A stretch of 49,473 nucleotides of DNA from Candidatus Hydrogenedentota bacterium (GCA_045863315.1 BTUX01000003.1:1-49473), one strand, 5' to 3'. Shown: positions 37,897-47,984, counted from the first letter of the stretch. The notes: a model not told the origin generated them from the letters alone. Numbers and translations are program-made.

Positions 37897-38061
37897 GGTG
37901 AGACTCCTCTCGCGTCGATTGCGCCCAGCGCTCAGTCTACACGATCACAACCCCGGGACGACTGCGCCCGTATCGATTCAAGTGGAGGACGGGGGGACAA
38001 TGACGGCGCGACCGATGAGCGCGCGGGTCCCGGAATGAACGGCCCCTTTTTCGTTGCAGAA

Positions 38062-39747
38062 TCAGTTCCCCTGTGTCTTGATCAGCGCAAGGAACTCGGT
38101 GAACCCCGAGCAATTGGCCGCCTTTTCGTGCAGGTCGGGGTCGCGAAACCGTTCCGCGATGTCCGCGAGCACCTGGAGTTGCGCGCCCGTGTCGTGGCGA
38201 GGCGAAACCATCAGGAACACGACGTGGACGGGCGCCCCGTCCGGCGCATTGAAATCGATACCCTTCGGGGCGATCGCGGCGCCGACCACGAACGATGCCG
38301 CATCGTCCATCCGCGCGTGCGGCACGGCAACGCCCCTGCCCAGCGCGGTCGAGGCCAGCTCCTCACGGTCCCACACGGCGTCGGCGAGTCGGCGCGGATC
38401 GACCCCCGCCGCGTTCGCGACGACTCTCGAGACTTCCTCGATCGCGGACCGCATCGAGGAGGAGGACAACTCGGGCACGAACGCCTTGGGGCTGAGATAG
38501 TCGGCGAGTTTGCGGGCGCGTTCGTGCCGGAGTATGCGCGGAATGAAGAGACCGCTCATGACGGAGGTCGCCAACGCCATGATGACCAGCGCCACGAATA
38601 TGGAGGGGCCGATGATGCCGTGTTCGAGCGCGAGCGCGCCGAGAATGATTTCCATCGCGCCGCGCGCGTTGAGGGCGAACCCGAGCGCGAGCGACTGGCG
38701 GCGGTCGACTCCGGCGAGCCGGCCCGCCGCGCCGCAGGCGAGAATTTTGGAAACGCAGGCGAGCACGAGGACGGCCGCGGTGATCGCCCAATCGAAGTGG
38801 ACGGCGAAATTCACTTTGAGGCCAATGGACGCGAAAAAGAGCGGCGCGAAAATGAACGAGACAAACTGGCTGATGATCGTGCGCGTATGGTTGCGCAGGT
38901 GCGACGAGTCCCCGATGGCGACCCCGGCCAGGAATGCGCCGAAGATGGCGTGAACGCCGGCCCACTCGGTAAAAGCGGCGCCGAGCAACGCGATGGACAG
39001 CGCCATGCCCAGCACGCCCCCCGGCCAGCTCGTGTGCGCCTGCAACCAGGGGAGCGCGCGATGGATCGCGACGCGACCGGCGGTCAGCATGGCGAACGCA
39101 TAGGCCAGGGTCAGGAGGATCGTCGTGCCGACCCCGTTAATCGGCCCGGACGCCGCGCCCGTCAACCCGAGAATGATCGCGAACAGGACCCAGCCGGCGA
39201 TGTCGCTGAGCACCGCGGCCGCGATCACGATCATCCCGAAATCGCCGTAATACAGCCCGAGATCCATAAGCGTGCGCGCGATCACCGGAAGCGCGGAGAT
39301 GGACAGGGCCGTGGCGATGAACAGCGCGAAGATGTAAAGGGGCACCTCGCCGTCGTAGCCGAGAACGTCCGGCAACCCCCAAGCCGCCAGGAACCCGACC
39401 ACAAACGGCAGGAAAATGCCCGCGGTCCCCACCCACACCGCCGTCTTGCCCTGTCGCCACGCGCTCGAAAGGTCGACTTCCATGCCGGCCACCAACATGA
39501 AAAGCACAATGGCGAAATTGAAAAATCCTGACAATACCACCGCCCGATCGCCCGCGACCGGAAACAGGGCAGCGTGCCAGTCCGGGAAGAAATAGCCAAG
39601 GACGGTGGGACCAAGGACAATGCCGGCCAGGATTTCGCCCAGCACCGTGGGCTGGCCCGCCCGTTCGGCCAACTCGCCGAACAGGCGCGCCGTCGCGAGC
39701 AGCACGGCCAGCGACAAAAGAAGCAACATGAACTCGTGCGAATTCAT
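38062..39747 (-). CDS. CPA2/KefB-like cation:proton antiporter fused to a PTS EIIA domain
   Basis: VLGEILAGIVLGPT, SISALPV, HAIFGAFLAG, LNARGAME; C-terminal REELASTALGRGVAVPHAR. Confidence 0.88.
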   Translation of the reverse strand: MNSHEFMLLLLSLAVLLATARLFGELAERAGQPTVLGEILAGIVLGPTVLGYFFPDWHAALFPVAGDRAVVLSGFFNFAIVLFMLVAGMEVDLSSAWRQGKTAVWVGTAGIFLPFVVGFLAAWGLPDVLGYDGEVPLYIFALFIATALSISALPVIARTLMDLGLYYGDFGMIVIAAAVLSDIAGWVLFAIILGLTGAASGPINGVGTTILLTLAYAFAMLTAGRVAIHRALPWLQAHTSWPGGVLGMALSIALLGAAFTEWAGVHAIFGAFLAGVAIGDSSHLRNHTRTIISQFVSFIFAPLFFASIGLKVNFAVHFDWAITAAVLVLACVSKILACGAAGRLAGVDRRQSLALGFALNARGAMEIILGALALEHGIIGPSIFVALVIMALATSVMSGLFIPRILRHERARKLADYLSPKAFVPELSSSSMRSAIEEVSRVVANAAGVDPRRLADAVWDREELASTALGRGVAVPHARMDDAASFVVGAAIAPKGIDFNAPDGAPVHVVFLMVSPRHDTGAQLQVLADIAERFRDPDLHEKAANCSGFTEFLALIKTQGN

Positions 39748-39772
39748 CGTGGTCAGGCCGCGCCCCAGGACC

Positions 39773-40708
39773 TCAGAAGTCTTGCGCCCGGAATCCGCCC
39801 GATTGTTCCTGTTCCGGCGGAATCAGGCCGCGTCCGCGCAACCAGTCGAGGCACAGCGAGGGCCACTCACTGAATGAATTGTTCGGCGCGCGCTTCCCGC
39901 CCATGCCGAGCCCGTGCCGTCCTTTTTCAAATAGGTGCATTTCCGCGGGTACGCCCGATTGGACGCAAGCCTCGTAAAACAACAGGCTGTTCTTCACCGG
40001 CACGGCTTCGTCCGCCGTGGTATGCACGAGGAACGCGGGCGGTGTTGACGCATTGACGTGGAGTTGCGCGGAACACTCCGCGACGAGCGCCGGATCGGGA
40101 TTCTCTCCCAGCAGGTTGCGCAGCGAACCCCCATGGACCTCCGGCGCTTCCATCGAAATCACCGGGTACAATAACACGAGAAAATCCGGGCGCGACGACA
40201 CCTGCGCGATGGGATCGGCAGCAGCGGCATCGCCGGGCAGATGGTGCACCCCCGCCATCGCGGAAAGATGCCCGCCCGCCGAAAACCCGAGAATGCCGAT
40301 ACGGTTGGGATCGATTTTCCACTGTGCCGCGCGGGACCGCACAAGCTGAATCGCGCGCTGCGCGTCCTGCAGCGGCACAGGGTGTTTGTACGCCGGCGCG
40401 TGCCGGTACACGAGAACAAACGCCGAAATGCCCGTCTTGTTCAGCCACTGCGCGACCTCGTGGCCCTCGTATCCGATTGCCAGACCTGCGTAGCCCCCGC
40501 CCGGACAGATGATGACCGCCGCCCCGTTGGCCCGATACGCGGGCGCGGGGTGCGCGTAGAGAAGTGGAACATCGCTCTCCGCGGTCCCCACCGCCCCGGG
40601 GGCGTCACCCGGCCACAGCCGGATTGCTTCAGCGCGACCCGGAGCCTCCTCGCCGGCGGCCGCCCATTGCGCGGCCGCGGCGAATGCGATTCCCAACATG
40701 GCGAGCAT
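39773..40708 (-). CDS. Secreted alpha/beta hydrolase (acetyl/feruloyl esterase-like)
   Basis: ICPGGGY, PLQDAQRAI, GFSAGGH, RPDFLVLLYPV, GRHGLG. Confidence 0.88.
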   Translation of the reverse strand: MLAMLGIAFAAAAQWAAAGEEAPGRAEAIRLWPGDAPGAVGTAESDVPLLYAHPAPAYRANGAAVIICPGGGYAGLAIGYEGHEVAQWLNKTGISAFVLVYRHAPAYKHPVPLQDAQRAIQLVRSRAAQWKIDPNRIGILGFSAGGHLSAMAGVHHLPGDAAAADPIAQVSSRPDFLVLLYPVISMEAPEVHGGSLRNLLGENPDPALVAECSAQLHVNASTPPAFLVHTTADEAVPVKNSLLFYEACVQSGVPAEMHLFEKGRHGLGMGGKRAPNNSFSEWPSLCLDWLRGRGLIPPEQEQSGGFRAQDF

Positions 40709-41327
40709 AAACGGTTACCTCCCGACCCGATTCGCAACTACCCGCGTCAGTCTAACGCGGAGGGGTCTCCCACGCGAAGTCCGGCGTGCGCAACGGATGA
40801 CATCATAGCGTATCGAACCGTCAACGCGAACCGTCTCGCACGCAGAGCGCATGGCGACCAGGGCAGTCCCGGCAAAGTCAAACCGATTCTATTGCGCGCA
40901 AGTGCCTGCTCCTACCGTTACTGACAACGGCGAGCACGAAGACACGACGCAAAGAAGCCAAAGCTCGGACTGGTAGGGAACGCGGCTTCAAGAGCGGGAC
41001 GGCGGCACACGGGCCTTCGGCCCACCCGCAGAGAACGCAATTGTCCGATCATTGTGTTTCGAGGGCGTACGTCGTTATTTCGGAGCAAACCCCACATGGT
41101 CCAAGTGGCCGGGAACAACAGTGGAAAATGATTTGATTACGACCTCGGTCGGAGCCTGTTGAATGAGGACGACGGCGCGGACAACCTGACGATGACCTGC
41201 GCGCATGATACCATGATACCCATCGGCACCGTGCGTGCCGACCCGCCGTGGCGGGCGCGGTTGGGGACCGTGCGGGCCGTTTCGCTCGGGAATTGATCGT
41301 TGGGGATGCGATGCGGAATGCGGTTTG

Positions 41328-41451
41328 GACAGGATTGACAGGATGAACAGGATTCGGAAGGAGGCTTGTGGCGCGGGACCGGCGAGGAACGCGCGCAATC
41401 GCCCCGGTATCATGAGGTTTTCATCCGGTCTATCCTGCACAGCCTGTCAAA
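41328..41451. repeat. Inverted pair of tandem 9-mer arrays
   Basis: GACAGGATT-GACAGGATG-AACAGGATT (41328-41354) and a degenerate reverse-complement array at 41422-41451. Confidence 0.55.
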
Positions 41452-41491
41452 GCAAAAGCCGCCTTCAACACGAATCAGTACGCGAGCATCG

Positions 41492-41695
41492 GTGGACGAC
41501 GCGGATGCGGTGTACCGGATACGGAAAACGACTAACACAGGCCGCCCCTGTGGCGCTCCGGCCTTCTTTACCCGCCTCGAATCGTTTCTGGGACGGCCGC
41601 TCCAACCCGCCAAACGCGGCCGCAAACCCAAAACACCCGGAGCCGCGCCCCGCATCCGCCCCAAACCCGGCGCAGGGGTGGGAAAGAATCAGTAA
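41492..41695 (+). pseudogene. C-terminal remnant of a Y1 (IS200/RAYT-like) transposase
   Basis: IRKTTNTGRPCGAPAFFTRLESFLGRPLQPAKRGRKPK resembles the TGRPLG...RGRP tail of these proteins; no HUH domain upstream. Confidence 0.55.
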
Positions 41696-41740
41696 TCAGT
41701 AAATCGTGGTCCCTTAATTCTTTTTCCCAAAGACCCCGCT

Positions 41741-42139
41741 TCACCAGATTGCACGGACGTGTGAGTAACGGCGCATCAGTTTGTTCTTGGTGAGAATGGT
41801 TGCGTTCTCTTCGCGCGCGGTTGCCACGATGATTTGATCGGCGGGATCCGATGACGGCGGCGCCGGCAATACGGTGGAGCGATACGCGATTGAGGGCGTC
41901 AATGGCACGAGTCGAAGCTTTGGCATCGCGAGCGCCCGCGCCAGCCATTCTTCGGGATCGCACGAAATCCCAAAGCGTCCCTTCTCCAAGAGCTTGCAGA
42001 ATTCCCACAGTGAAATCGCCGACAGCAGCAGCTCCTCATACCGGTCCGAGCGTCTTATGAGATCACGCACCTTGCGGGAAAGCTTCTCGGTGTGCATGTG
42101 CCACCATATCCAAGCGTGCGTATCGAGAAGGTACTTCAC
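41741..42139 (-). CDS. vapC: PIN domain toxin (VapC family)
   Basis: YLLDTHAWIWW, SAISLWE, DPADQIIVATA; GTG start overlaps the antitoxin TGA. Confidence 0.9.
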   Translation of the reverse strand: MKYLLDTHAWIWWHMHTEKLSRKVRDLIRRSDRYEELLLSAISLWEFCKLLEKGRFGISCDPEEWLARALAMPKLRLVPLTPSIAYRSTVLPAPPSSDPADQIIVATAREENATILTKNKLMRRYSHVRAIW

Positions 42140-42369
42140 TTGCACGCATTCCAAACCGATTCGCCGATGGGAGATTCGATGTCTTTTTCGAACACCAGCG
42201 TCTCGGACAATTTGCCGGGGACGGGCGCCTTGTCGGAACCGCGAAAAGGGACCACTTCGGCGACGGGCTTGCCCCGCTTTGTGACGACCACCGGTTGCTT
42301 GGTCTTTTCCACCTCACCCAAGACGCGTAATGCGTGCGCCTTGAATTCGCTGATAGGCATGGTTTTCAT
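42136..42369 (-). CDS. Phd/YefM family antitoxin
   Basis: MKTMPISEFKAHAL...VVVTKRGKPVAEVVP; GGAGG RBS. Confidence 0.9.
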   Translation of the reverse strand: MKTMPISEFKAHALRVLGEVEKTKQPVVVTKRGKPVAEVVPFRGSDKAPVPGKLSETLVFEKDIESPIGESVWNACK

Positions 42370-42391
42370 CCGGGGTTTCCTCCGTGGAAGT

Positions 42392-42420
42392 ACTATAGTC
42401 ATTTAGAATGACTATGTCAA
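42392..42420 (-). promoter_or_regulatory. Toxin-antitoxin promoter with autoregulatory operator
   Basis: TTGACA, 17 bp, TATAGT on the minus strand; perfect inverted repeat ATAGTCATT-TAG-AATGACTAT (42395-42415) spans the spacer. Confidence 0.8.
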
Positions 42421-42804
42421 CCATCGAGGGCAATGGGCTGAACAGGAACATCCCCATTGACTCGTTCCCAAATTCCGTTTCACGAATACGCGCTTGAATT
42501 AACGGACATCGATGATAGGTACAAGTCAAGATGCGGAGAGGGCGGTCGGCCTGGTTGACCGCGAGCGGGTGGTCTCTAATCTGTAAGTTGTCTACTGCAC
42601 GTGATGAGGGCGGGCGTGGGACCCGGCGCGCCGAGTATGGGTAGCAAGGCGGGTGAATTGAATGGGTGAATTGAACGGACAGACCGCTATTTAAGCAGAT
42701 GAGTGCCGGAAATTTGTGGGAGTAGGAAAGAGGGACACCTATTTTCAACTGCCGCGGTTTCCCTGCTACCACCAGCGGCGTTACGGCGCGGTGTCGGCCG
42801 CGGT

Positions 42805-43305
42805 CTAGCACGAGTCGATGCCGATGTGCGCCAGCCGTTCGGCGGCGGCTGAGATGGTGCGCGCCGCGCGAAGCGCCTCCAGCCCGATCGAATGCGCGGT
42901 TTCACGGTCCCCGTAGTGCCAATGCAACGTTCCCAATCCGATCCTCGCCGTGCATTCCCGCGTGAAAAACCGCTGCTCGCGGCATAACCGCGCCGTGCGC
43001 TCGTAAGTATGCAGGGCGTCGTTGGTCTGCCCGCGCTGCCGGCAGACGCACGCGAGTCCAAGTTGCGCCGCCGCGTCCAGCGCCTTGAACATCCCGGCCG
43101 GGGCCGCCTGCGCGACCTCCTCGAGCAGCGCGGCCGCCTCATCGGTGCGCCCGCGAGCACCGCGATCGATTCCGCTTCCGTCGGCGGTTGGACCTCGTAC
43201 TCCGTGCGGGTCAACGACGAAACCAGGTCCGAATCCCCTGTTGCGACGAGAAGCAGACCGTTCGGGCCCATCACGTCAAACGCCTCGGCGTCAACGCCCC
43301 GCCAT
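42805..43305 (-). pseudogene. Fragmented NB-ARC/TPR (STAND) gene remnant
   Basis: One frame reads WRGVDAEAFDVMGPNGLLLVATGDSDLVSSL...EAESIAVLA (post-Walker-B NB-ARC-like). A shifted frame reads as TPR-like helices (QLGLACVCRQRGQTNDALHTY, RIGLGTLHWHYGD). Confidence 0.45.
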
Positions 43306-43355
43306 CCCTGCTGCTCACATGATGTCTGTGCGCCGCGGCCTGGGTGTTCGCGGTT

Positions 43356-44453
43356 TCACTGCCGCGGCAGAGGAGGGGGTTCGGCGTTCTGGTGGAGCGC
43401 GCCGCGCAGAACGATGAACTCGGAGAGATTGCTGAACGTGAGGAGGCCGACAAGTTTTCCGTGCTCGAGCACGGGGAAGGTGGGACACGAACTCGCCTGA
43501 AGGCGCGGCATGATTTTTTCCAGCGGATCCTCGGGGGAGCAGGTCTCGAACTCGGTGTTCATCGCCGAGCGAACGGGCGTCTGCGGTCCGTCGTCCGACA
43601 GCGCCTTGACGAGGCGGTTATAGCTCAAAATCCCGAGGATGGTGCCGTTTTCGACCACGGGAAAATCCTGCTGAAATCCTGCCAGGATATCGTCGATCAC
43701 GGAGGAGAGCGGTTCAAGCGGTTCGAGGCAGCGGAACCGTGTGATCATGGCGTGGCGGACGGTGAAGCCGGAAAGCGTCGAACGGACCTGCGCCATCGAG
43801 GCCTCGGCCTCCGCGCCGAGCCAGACGAACACGCCGATAAAAATCAGGAATGGATTATAGAAGAAACCCGCAAACACGAAACCGAGCGCCATGAACTGGC
43901 CGATGCTTGCGGCGACGCGCGTGGCGCGCGCGTAGTCCATCTGTTGCGCGAGAAGCGAACGCAGCACGCGGCCCCCGTCCATGGGGAACGCGGGGAGCAT
44001 GTTGAACAGGACGAGGTAGGTGTTGACCTTGAGCATCCAGTCCCAGAACCCGCCGCCAATCTGGGGGAAGTCCAGCATGTGCACGCTGCCCTGCAACTGC
44101 ACGATGACGTACGCGGCGATGGCAAGCACGACGTTCACGGCGGGGCCGGCGATGGCGACCCAGAACTCCTGCCGGGGGTCGTCGGGCATGCGTTCGAGTC
44201 GGGCAAGGCCTCCGATGGGGAGCAGGATGATGTCCTTGGTTTGAATGCCGAAACGGCGCGCGGTGAGGCAGTGGCCGAGTTCGTGCAGCAGCACAATCCC
44301 GAACAGGACGAGGACCAAGCCGATCCCCAGCACCATGGCGGTGGCGCCGTGCTGCGCGTGCGCCAAACCGATCCACGCGAGCAGAATCAGGAACGTCCAG
44401 TGCACGAATACGCCGATGCCGAACACCGTCCCTATTCGCCATGACCACTTCAC
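43356..44453 (-). CDS. Site-2 protease (M50) with CBS domains
   Basis: HELGH, AIAGPAVN, FNMLPAFPMDGGRV, two C-terminal CBS domains; GTG start after GAAGGAGG. Confidence 0.93.
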   Translation of the reverse strand: MKWSWRIGTVFGIGVFVHWTFLILLAWIGLAHAQHGATAMVLGIGLVLVLFGIVLLHELGHCLTARRFGIQTKDIILLPIGGLARLERMPDDPRQEFWVAIAGPAVNVVLAIAAYVIVQLQGSVHMLDFPQIGGGFWDWMLKVNTYLVLFNMLPAFPMDGGRVLRSLLAQQMDYARATRVAASIGQFMALGFVFAGFFYNPFLIFIGVFVWLGAEAEASMAQVRSTLSGFTVRHAMITRFRCLEPLEPLSSVIDDILAGFQQDFPVVENGTILGILSYNRLVKALSDDGPQTPVRSAMNTEFETCSPEDPLEKIMPRLQASSCPTFPVLEHGKLVGLLTFSNLSEFIVLRGALHQNAEPPPLPRQ

Positions 44454-44490
44454 TGCAAGTCCTCCTTCCTCGAATCCCAAACACGAGGCA

Positions 44491-45168
44491 TTACGCCAAC
44501 GCCTCGTTCAGCAATTTGTGCACGTCGGAAAAGCGGTGGAGGTAGTCTTCGCGGCCGCGAACGATCACCTCGCGCGCTTCCGTTCGATCGTAGACATGCG
44601 TGATCTCGCACACCTGATCGCTCGAGTCCGGCGCCTGTTTATACGTGAGAAAATAATGGCGCAGCCGGTCGATGAGCCGCTTCGGACACTCTGAAATGTC
44701 GCGCATCTCGCCGAACGTTTCGTCATCCACCATCACCGCGATGATCTTGTCGTCGGCTTCGTTCCCGTCGATCATGCGCAGCCCGCCGATCGGGATCGCA
44801 TGCACGAGCACGTTGCTCTTTCGAATCGGCTTTTCCGACAACACGCAGATGTCCAGCGGGTCGCCGTCGCCAATGATATTGGGTCGGCCTGTCTTCTCCG
44901 CGCAGAACGCGCCCGACCGCTCCGCGCAGTACGTCTGCGGGACAAAGCCGTACAAGGTCGGGCAGGTGCTCGAAAACTTCTGCGGCCGATCGACCTTCAA
45001 CAGGCCCGTGTCCTTGTCCAGTTCATACTTCACCGTGTCCGTGGGCGTCATCTCAATATACGCGGTAACGACGTCCGGCGCGCGGTCGCCGATGGCCACC
45101 CCGTGCCAGGGGTGCGCCCGAAACAACAGACCCATCAGGACTGACAGAGGTTCGTTCGTACTGCTCAT
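44491..45168 (-). CDS. ppa: Inorganic pyrophosphatase (family I)
   Basis: HPWHG, KYELDK, YGFVPQT, GDGDPLD, DDKIIAV, HYFLTYK. Confidence 0.94.
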   Translation of the reverse strand: MSSTNEPLSVLMGLLFRAHPWHGVAIGDRAPDVVTAYIEMTPTDTVKYELDKDTGLLKVDRPQKFSSTCPTLYGFVPQTYCAERSGAFCAEKTGRPNIIGDGDPLDICVLSEKPIRKSNVLVHAIPIGGLRMIDGNEADDKIIAVMVDDETFGEMRDISECPKRLIDRLRHYFLTYKQAPDSSDQVCEITHVYDRTEAREVIVRGREDYLHRFSDVHKLLNEALA

Positions 45169-45616
45169 TCGCGGTCCTTTACGTGCTCGTCTCGTGGCGG
45201 ACTACCCGCCCCATCCTCGCAGACAAATCCACGGGCTAGGCGGGACGGCCCGTTTCCCGCCCCAATTCTACTCTATCGCCGGAATGCGTTGCAGAAATCC
45301 GTTCTCGTCGCGCAATGTCGTCCCGCCTTGTGCACCGTCACATCGCGGGCAGCCGGTTGCAGCATGGCTGCGTGACTTTTGCGCATTCCCATCTTTCAAT
45401 CGATGTTCAGCAGTGACAATTTAGTTTGAAACGGCGCAAAACCTTTTCCCGTCGTTCTTTCGGCGCTCACACTTAACTCGTTACCAAATAAAACGTTAGG
45501 GATGCCGCACCCGTTGGCGTAGGGCTTGCTTTACCACATTCGGTTCTAGGGCTGCGCTAAGGGATTGCGAAACCGCCGACAGTACGCTTCCGGCGGAGGA
45601 GGGACTGAGCACTCCG

Positions 45617-45826
45617 ATGAGTTACTTAGGGAACGGCGATCTCCGTCAGCAGACCATGCTGATCCTGCAGGAAATGAGCACCGCCTTGCGGTTTCTTGCC
45701 ACCGAAATCGACGGCGCGCTGCAGCGTAGCGGAGAGGTCGACAAGGAATTGCTCGCCAGAATCGCCCGGACCCTGTCCGCCACCCATCAAGGTCTTCTTG
45801 ATATCAGCCTCGACTCCGACACCTGA
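45617..45826 (+). CDS. Small helical hypothetical protein
   Basis: 69-aa ORF with a GGAGGAGG RBS and amphipathic-helix pattern. Confidence 0.5.
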   Translation: MSYLGNGDLRQQTMLILQEMSTALRFLATEIDGALQRSGEVDKELLARIARTLSATHQGLLDISLDSDT

Positions 45827-45893
45827 CGACCGCGCCCCTATCGAGTCTTCACATCAAGTTGGCGCGCCGCTCGCAACGCGTAAAACTCCGGAC

Positions 45894-45921
45894 TCAAGTT
45901 CTCAGCCCTTTCTGCCGATAA
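45894..45921 (+). promoter_or_regulatory. Sigma28 (FliA)-type promoter
   Basis: TCAAG-N15-GCCGATAA, 49 bp before the FlgM-like ATG. Confidence 0.7.
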
Positions 45922-45970
45922 ACCGAACAAGCAGGGTTCCCACTGCGGACCCACGCTGAGGAGAACGGGT

Positions 45971-46261
45971 ATGGCTGGAATACAGGGCATCGCCGGGCTC
46001 GCTGCCCCCGCCAGCACCGCCCCGGCCCCAGACCGGGGCAGCCGCGCCGATGGCCGTCGGGACCCCGAGCCGGGTGACAGCGCGTTGTTCAGTTCGCAGG
46101 CGGTGGAAGCCTCGCTTCGCGGAAAGCTGGTCGCCGCATCTTCCGACGATTTCCGTGACAAACGCGTCGAAGAGGCGCGCCGCAGACTCGAGGAGGGCGC
46201 GCACCGGGTGCAAACCGTCCTTTTGAAAATCGCCGCTCGGATCAGCCCCTACCTTGAATAA
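45971..46261 (+). CDS. FlgM-like anti-sigma28 factor
   Basis: Disordered N-terminus, DSALFSSQA, and FRDKRVEEARRRLEEGAHRV resembling the FlgM C-terminus; GAGGAG RBS; sigma28 promoter. Confidence 0.6.
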   Translation: MAGIQGIAGLAAPASTAPAPDRGSRADGRRDPEPGDSALFSSQAVEASLRGKLVAASSDDFRDKRVEEARRRLEEGAHRVQTVLLKIAARISPYLE

Positions 46262-46350
46262 TGCGGCCCGACACGGCCGAACACGCGCCCCCGCCCGTTC
46301 CGTCCCGTGGGCCCGGTCCGCCCATTCACCCCACCCGAATAACCGCCGGG

Positions 46351-46884
46351 CTACCGCCGCTCCTTCATGCGCTCCACGTGCTGCCGGAATCCCAACGTCA
46401 TCAGATGGTTCTCGACCTCCGCGGACGCGTCAAACACCTCCTCGATCGCGGTCGTTCGCAGCGAGGCGTCTTCCGGCCGGGTCGCCATCGCGTTCACGGC
46501 GTCCGCGGCGCGTAACAGCGAATGGAGCGCCGAGTTCTTGCTCCGGTGCGACGACATCAATCGGCGCACCCCCGCCACACGGGGCACAAACTCCTGCCTG
46601 CACCAAATCGTAAACGCATCGCTCAGCGGCGGCCTCTCTTTTCGTATGCGATCCTGGTACTCGCCCGTAAGCTCCATAAGCCGGTTTGACCATTCCTGGA
46701 GTTTCAGGGCGTCGTCGATCTCGGCCTGGCTCACGTGGGGAGGGACGATCCGGTTGCGGGCATACCAATACCCCGCATAGTAGAACACCGTCATGACCAC
46801 AACGCACGCGCCCAACACTACGCCGAGAAAACGCAGGGTCACCCACAGGCGCGCCGCCATGTTCCGTTTGCGAGGTGTGTCCAC
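46351..46884 (-). CDS. Hypothetical protein with an N-terminal TM anchor
   Basis: One TM helix then a helical domain; alternative ATG at 46860; follows the SprT-like gene. Confidence 0.65.
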   Translation of the reverse strand: MDTPRKRNMAARLWVTLRFLGVVLGACVVVMTVFYYAGYWYARNRIVPPHVSQAEIDDALKLQEWSNRLMELTGEYQDRIRKERPPLSDAFTIWCRQEFVPRVAGVRRLMSSHRSKNSALHSLLRAADAVNAMATRPEDASLRTTAIEEVFDASAEVENHLMTLGFRQHVERMKERR

Positions 46885-46902
46885 GCAATCACGATTCCGA
46901 CA

Positions 46903-47604
46903 TCAGCGCAATAGTTTCCGCAGGTTGGCGGGCCGGTTCTCCCAGGCCAGCGCGCGCCGATAGTCCGGGTACTGCTTCTCCATGGCGATGAACTCGGGGG
47001 TGTGCACGCGCCGTCGCCCCGACTCCCGCTCCTCGATTCCGAGGTGCGCGTGCAGCATCTCGTGAAACACGATGTACCGGACGAAGAACTCGGGCACGAA
47101 CTCCTGGTCGAGATACGGGTGTATCCGGATCAGATTGTCCTCGACGTAATAGCTGCCGAACCGAATCGAGCGCCGCTTGCCGGGGCGCGGCCGCTTTCCC
47201 CACGTGATCGCCGCCGTGATTTTCCCGTCGAAGTGTTCCCTGTTCACTTCGTTGAACAGCTTCGCCAGATCGAAATACCGACCCAACGTGTGCAGGGTCA
47301 CGTGCCGCTTTTCTTCGTGCCGCATCAAGTGCCGATGCTCTCGAATGAACCGGTTGATCACAGCGCCCGACTTCCGACACCGGGGCCGCTTCACCCACGA
47401 CGCAATCGCGTGCATCACCGTCGGATCCGCATTCAGAAACATCTTGTGCAGCCGCACTCTCAAGGCCCCGTTGTACGCCGCAGGCCGCAACGACATCACG
47501 GTCCGCGTGTTATCGGTCAGCGTAAGGTGCAGGCTGAGGCCCGTCATCGATTCCAGTTCGCGCCGTAGTGCCGTTTCATCACGAAAACCAAATTCCAACT
47601 GCAT
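46903..47604 (-). CDS. SprT/YgjP-like zinc metalloprotease
   Basis: LRVRLHKMF, FNEVNREHF, FGSY, IRIHPYLD, YIVFHEMLH, RVHTPEF. Confidence 0.82.
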   Translation of the reverse strand: MQLEFGFRDETALRRELESMTGLSLHLTLTDNTRTVMSLRPAAYNGALRVRLHKMFLNADPTVMHAIASWVKRPRCRKSGAVINRFIREHRHLMRHEEKRHVTLHTLGRYFDLAKLFNEVNREHFDGKITAAITWGKRPRPGKRRSIRFGSYYVEDNLIRIHPYLDQEFVPEFFVRYIVFHEMLHAHLGIEERESGRRRVHTPEFIAMEKQYPDYRRALAWENRPANLRKLLR

Positions 47605-47788
47605 GATGTCCACCTGAAATTGATACCAACCAAGACGCGGTAGTCCAAAGATCGTAGGTGTTACCGGAACTGAATGCAACGCCTTTTCCACCGATCCCCG
47701 GGGGAAAATGCAGGACCGGCGGCGCCGCATCTTTGCCCTGCGACGTCGCCGACAAGTTGACTCTTGACGGACCAGCGATCCGCGCTAA

Positions 47789-47984
47789 TCTGGATTTTTC
47801 ACACCCACGCGCGTTGGAGGATACAACATGGTACAGTGCGCGCCGTTATGCATCGTCGCCGCGCGGCACGGCAGAACAGATGGTGGGTGTGAAAAATCCT
47901 TACCCAAATCACTCCCATGCTTTCTCCTGAGCATTTCTCACCAGTCGCGCCCCGTCGACGGGGGCGACTGGTGAGAAATGCGGG
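47789..47984 (-). mobile_element. Double-hairpin MITE, copy 3 (subfamily A, 196 bp), target duplication CTAA
   Basis: Near-identical reverse complement of 3374-3568; CTAA at 47785-47788 and 47985-47988. Confidence 0.85.

Noticed and set aside
36889-39531. 880-aa plus-strand ORF (and similar long antisense ORFs, e.g. 3878-5575)
   Set aside because: Antisense to well-supported genes; Arg/Gly-rich composition typical of high-GC shadow ORFs.
45420-45610. Possible riboswitch upstream of the 69-aa ORF
   Set aside because: Some hairpin potential around the RBS, but no recognisable aptamer motif; needs an Rfam scan.
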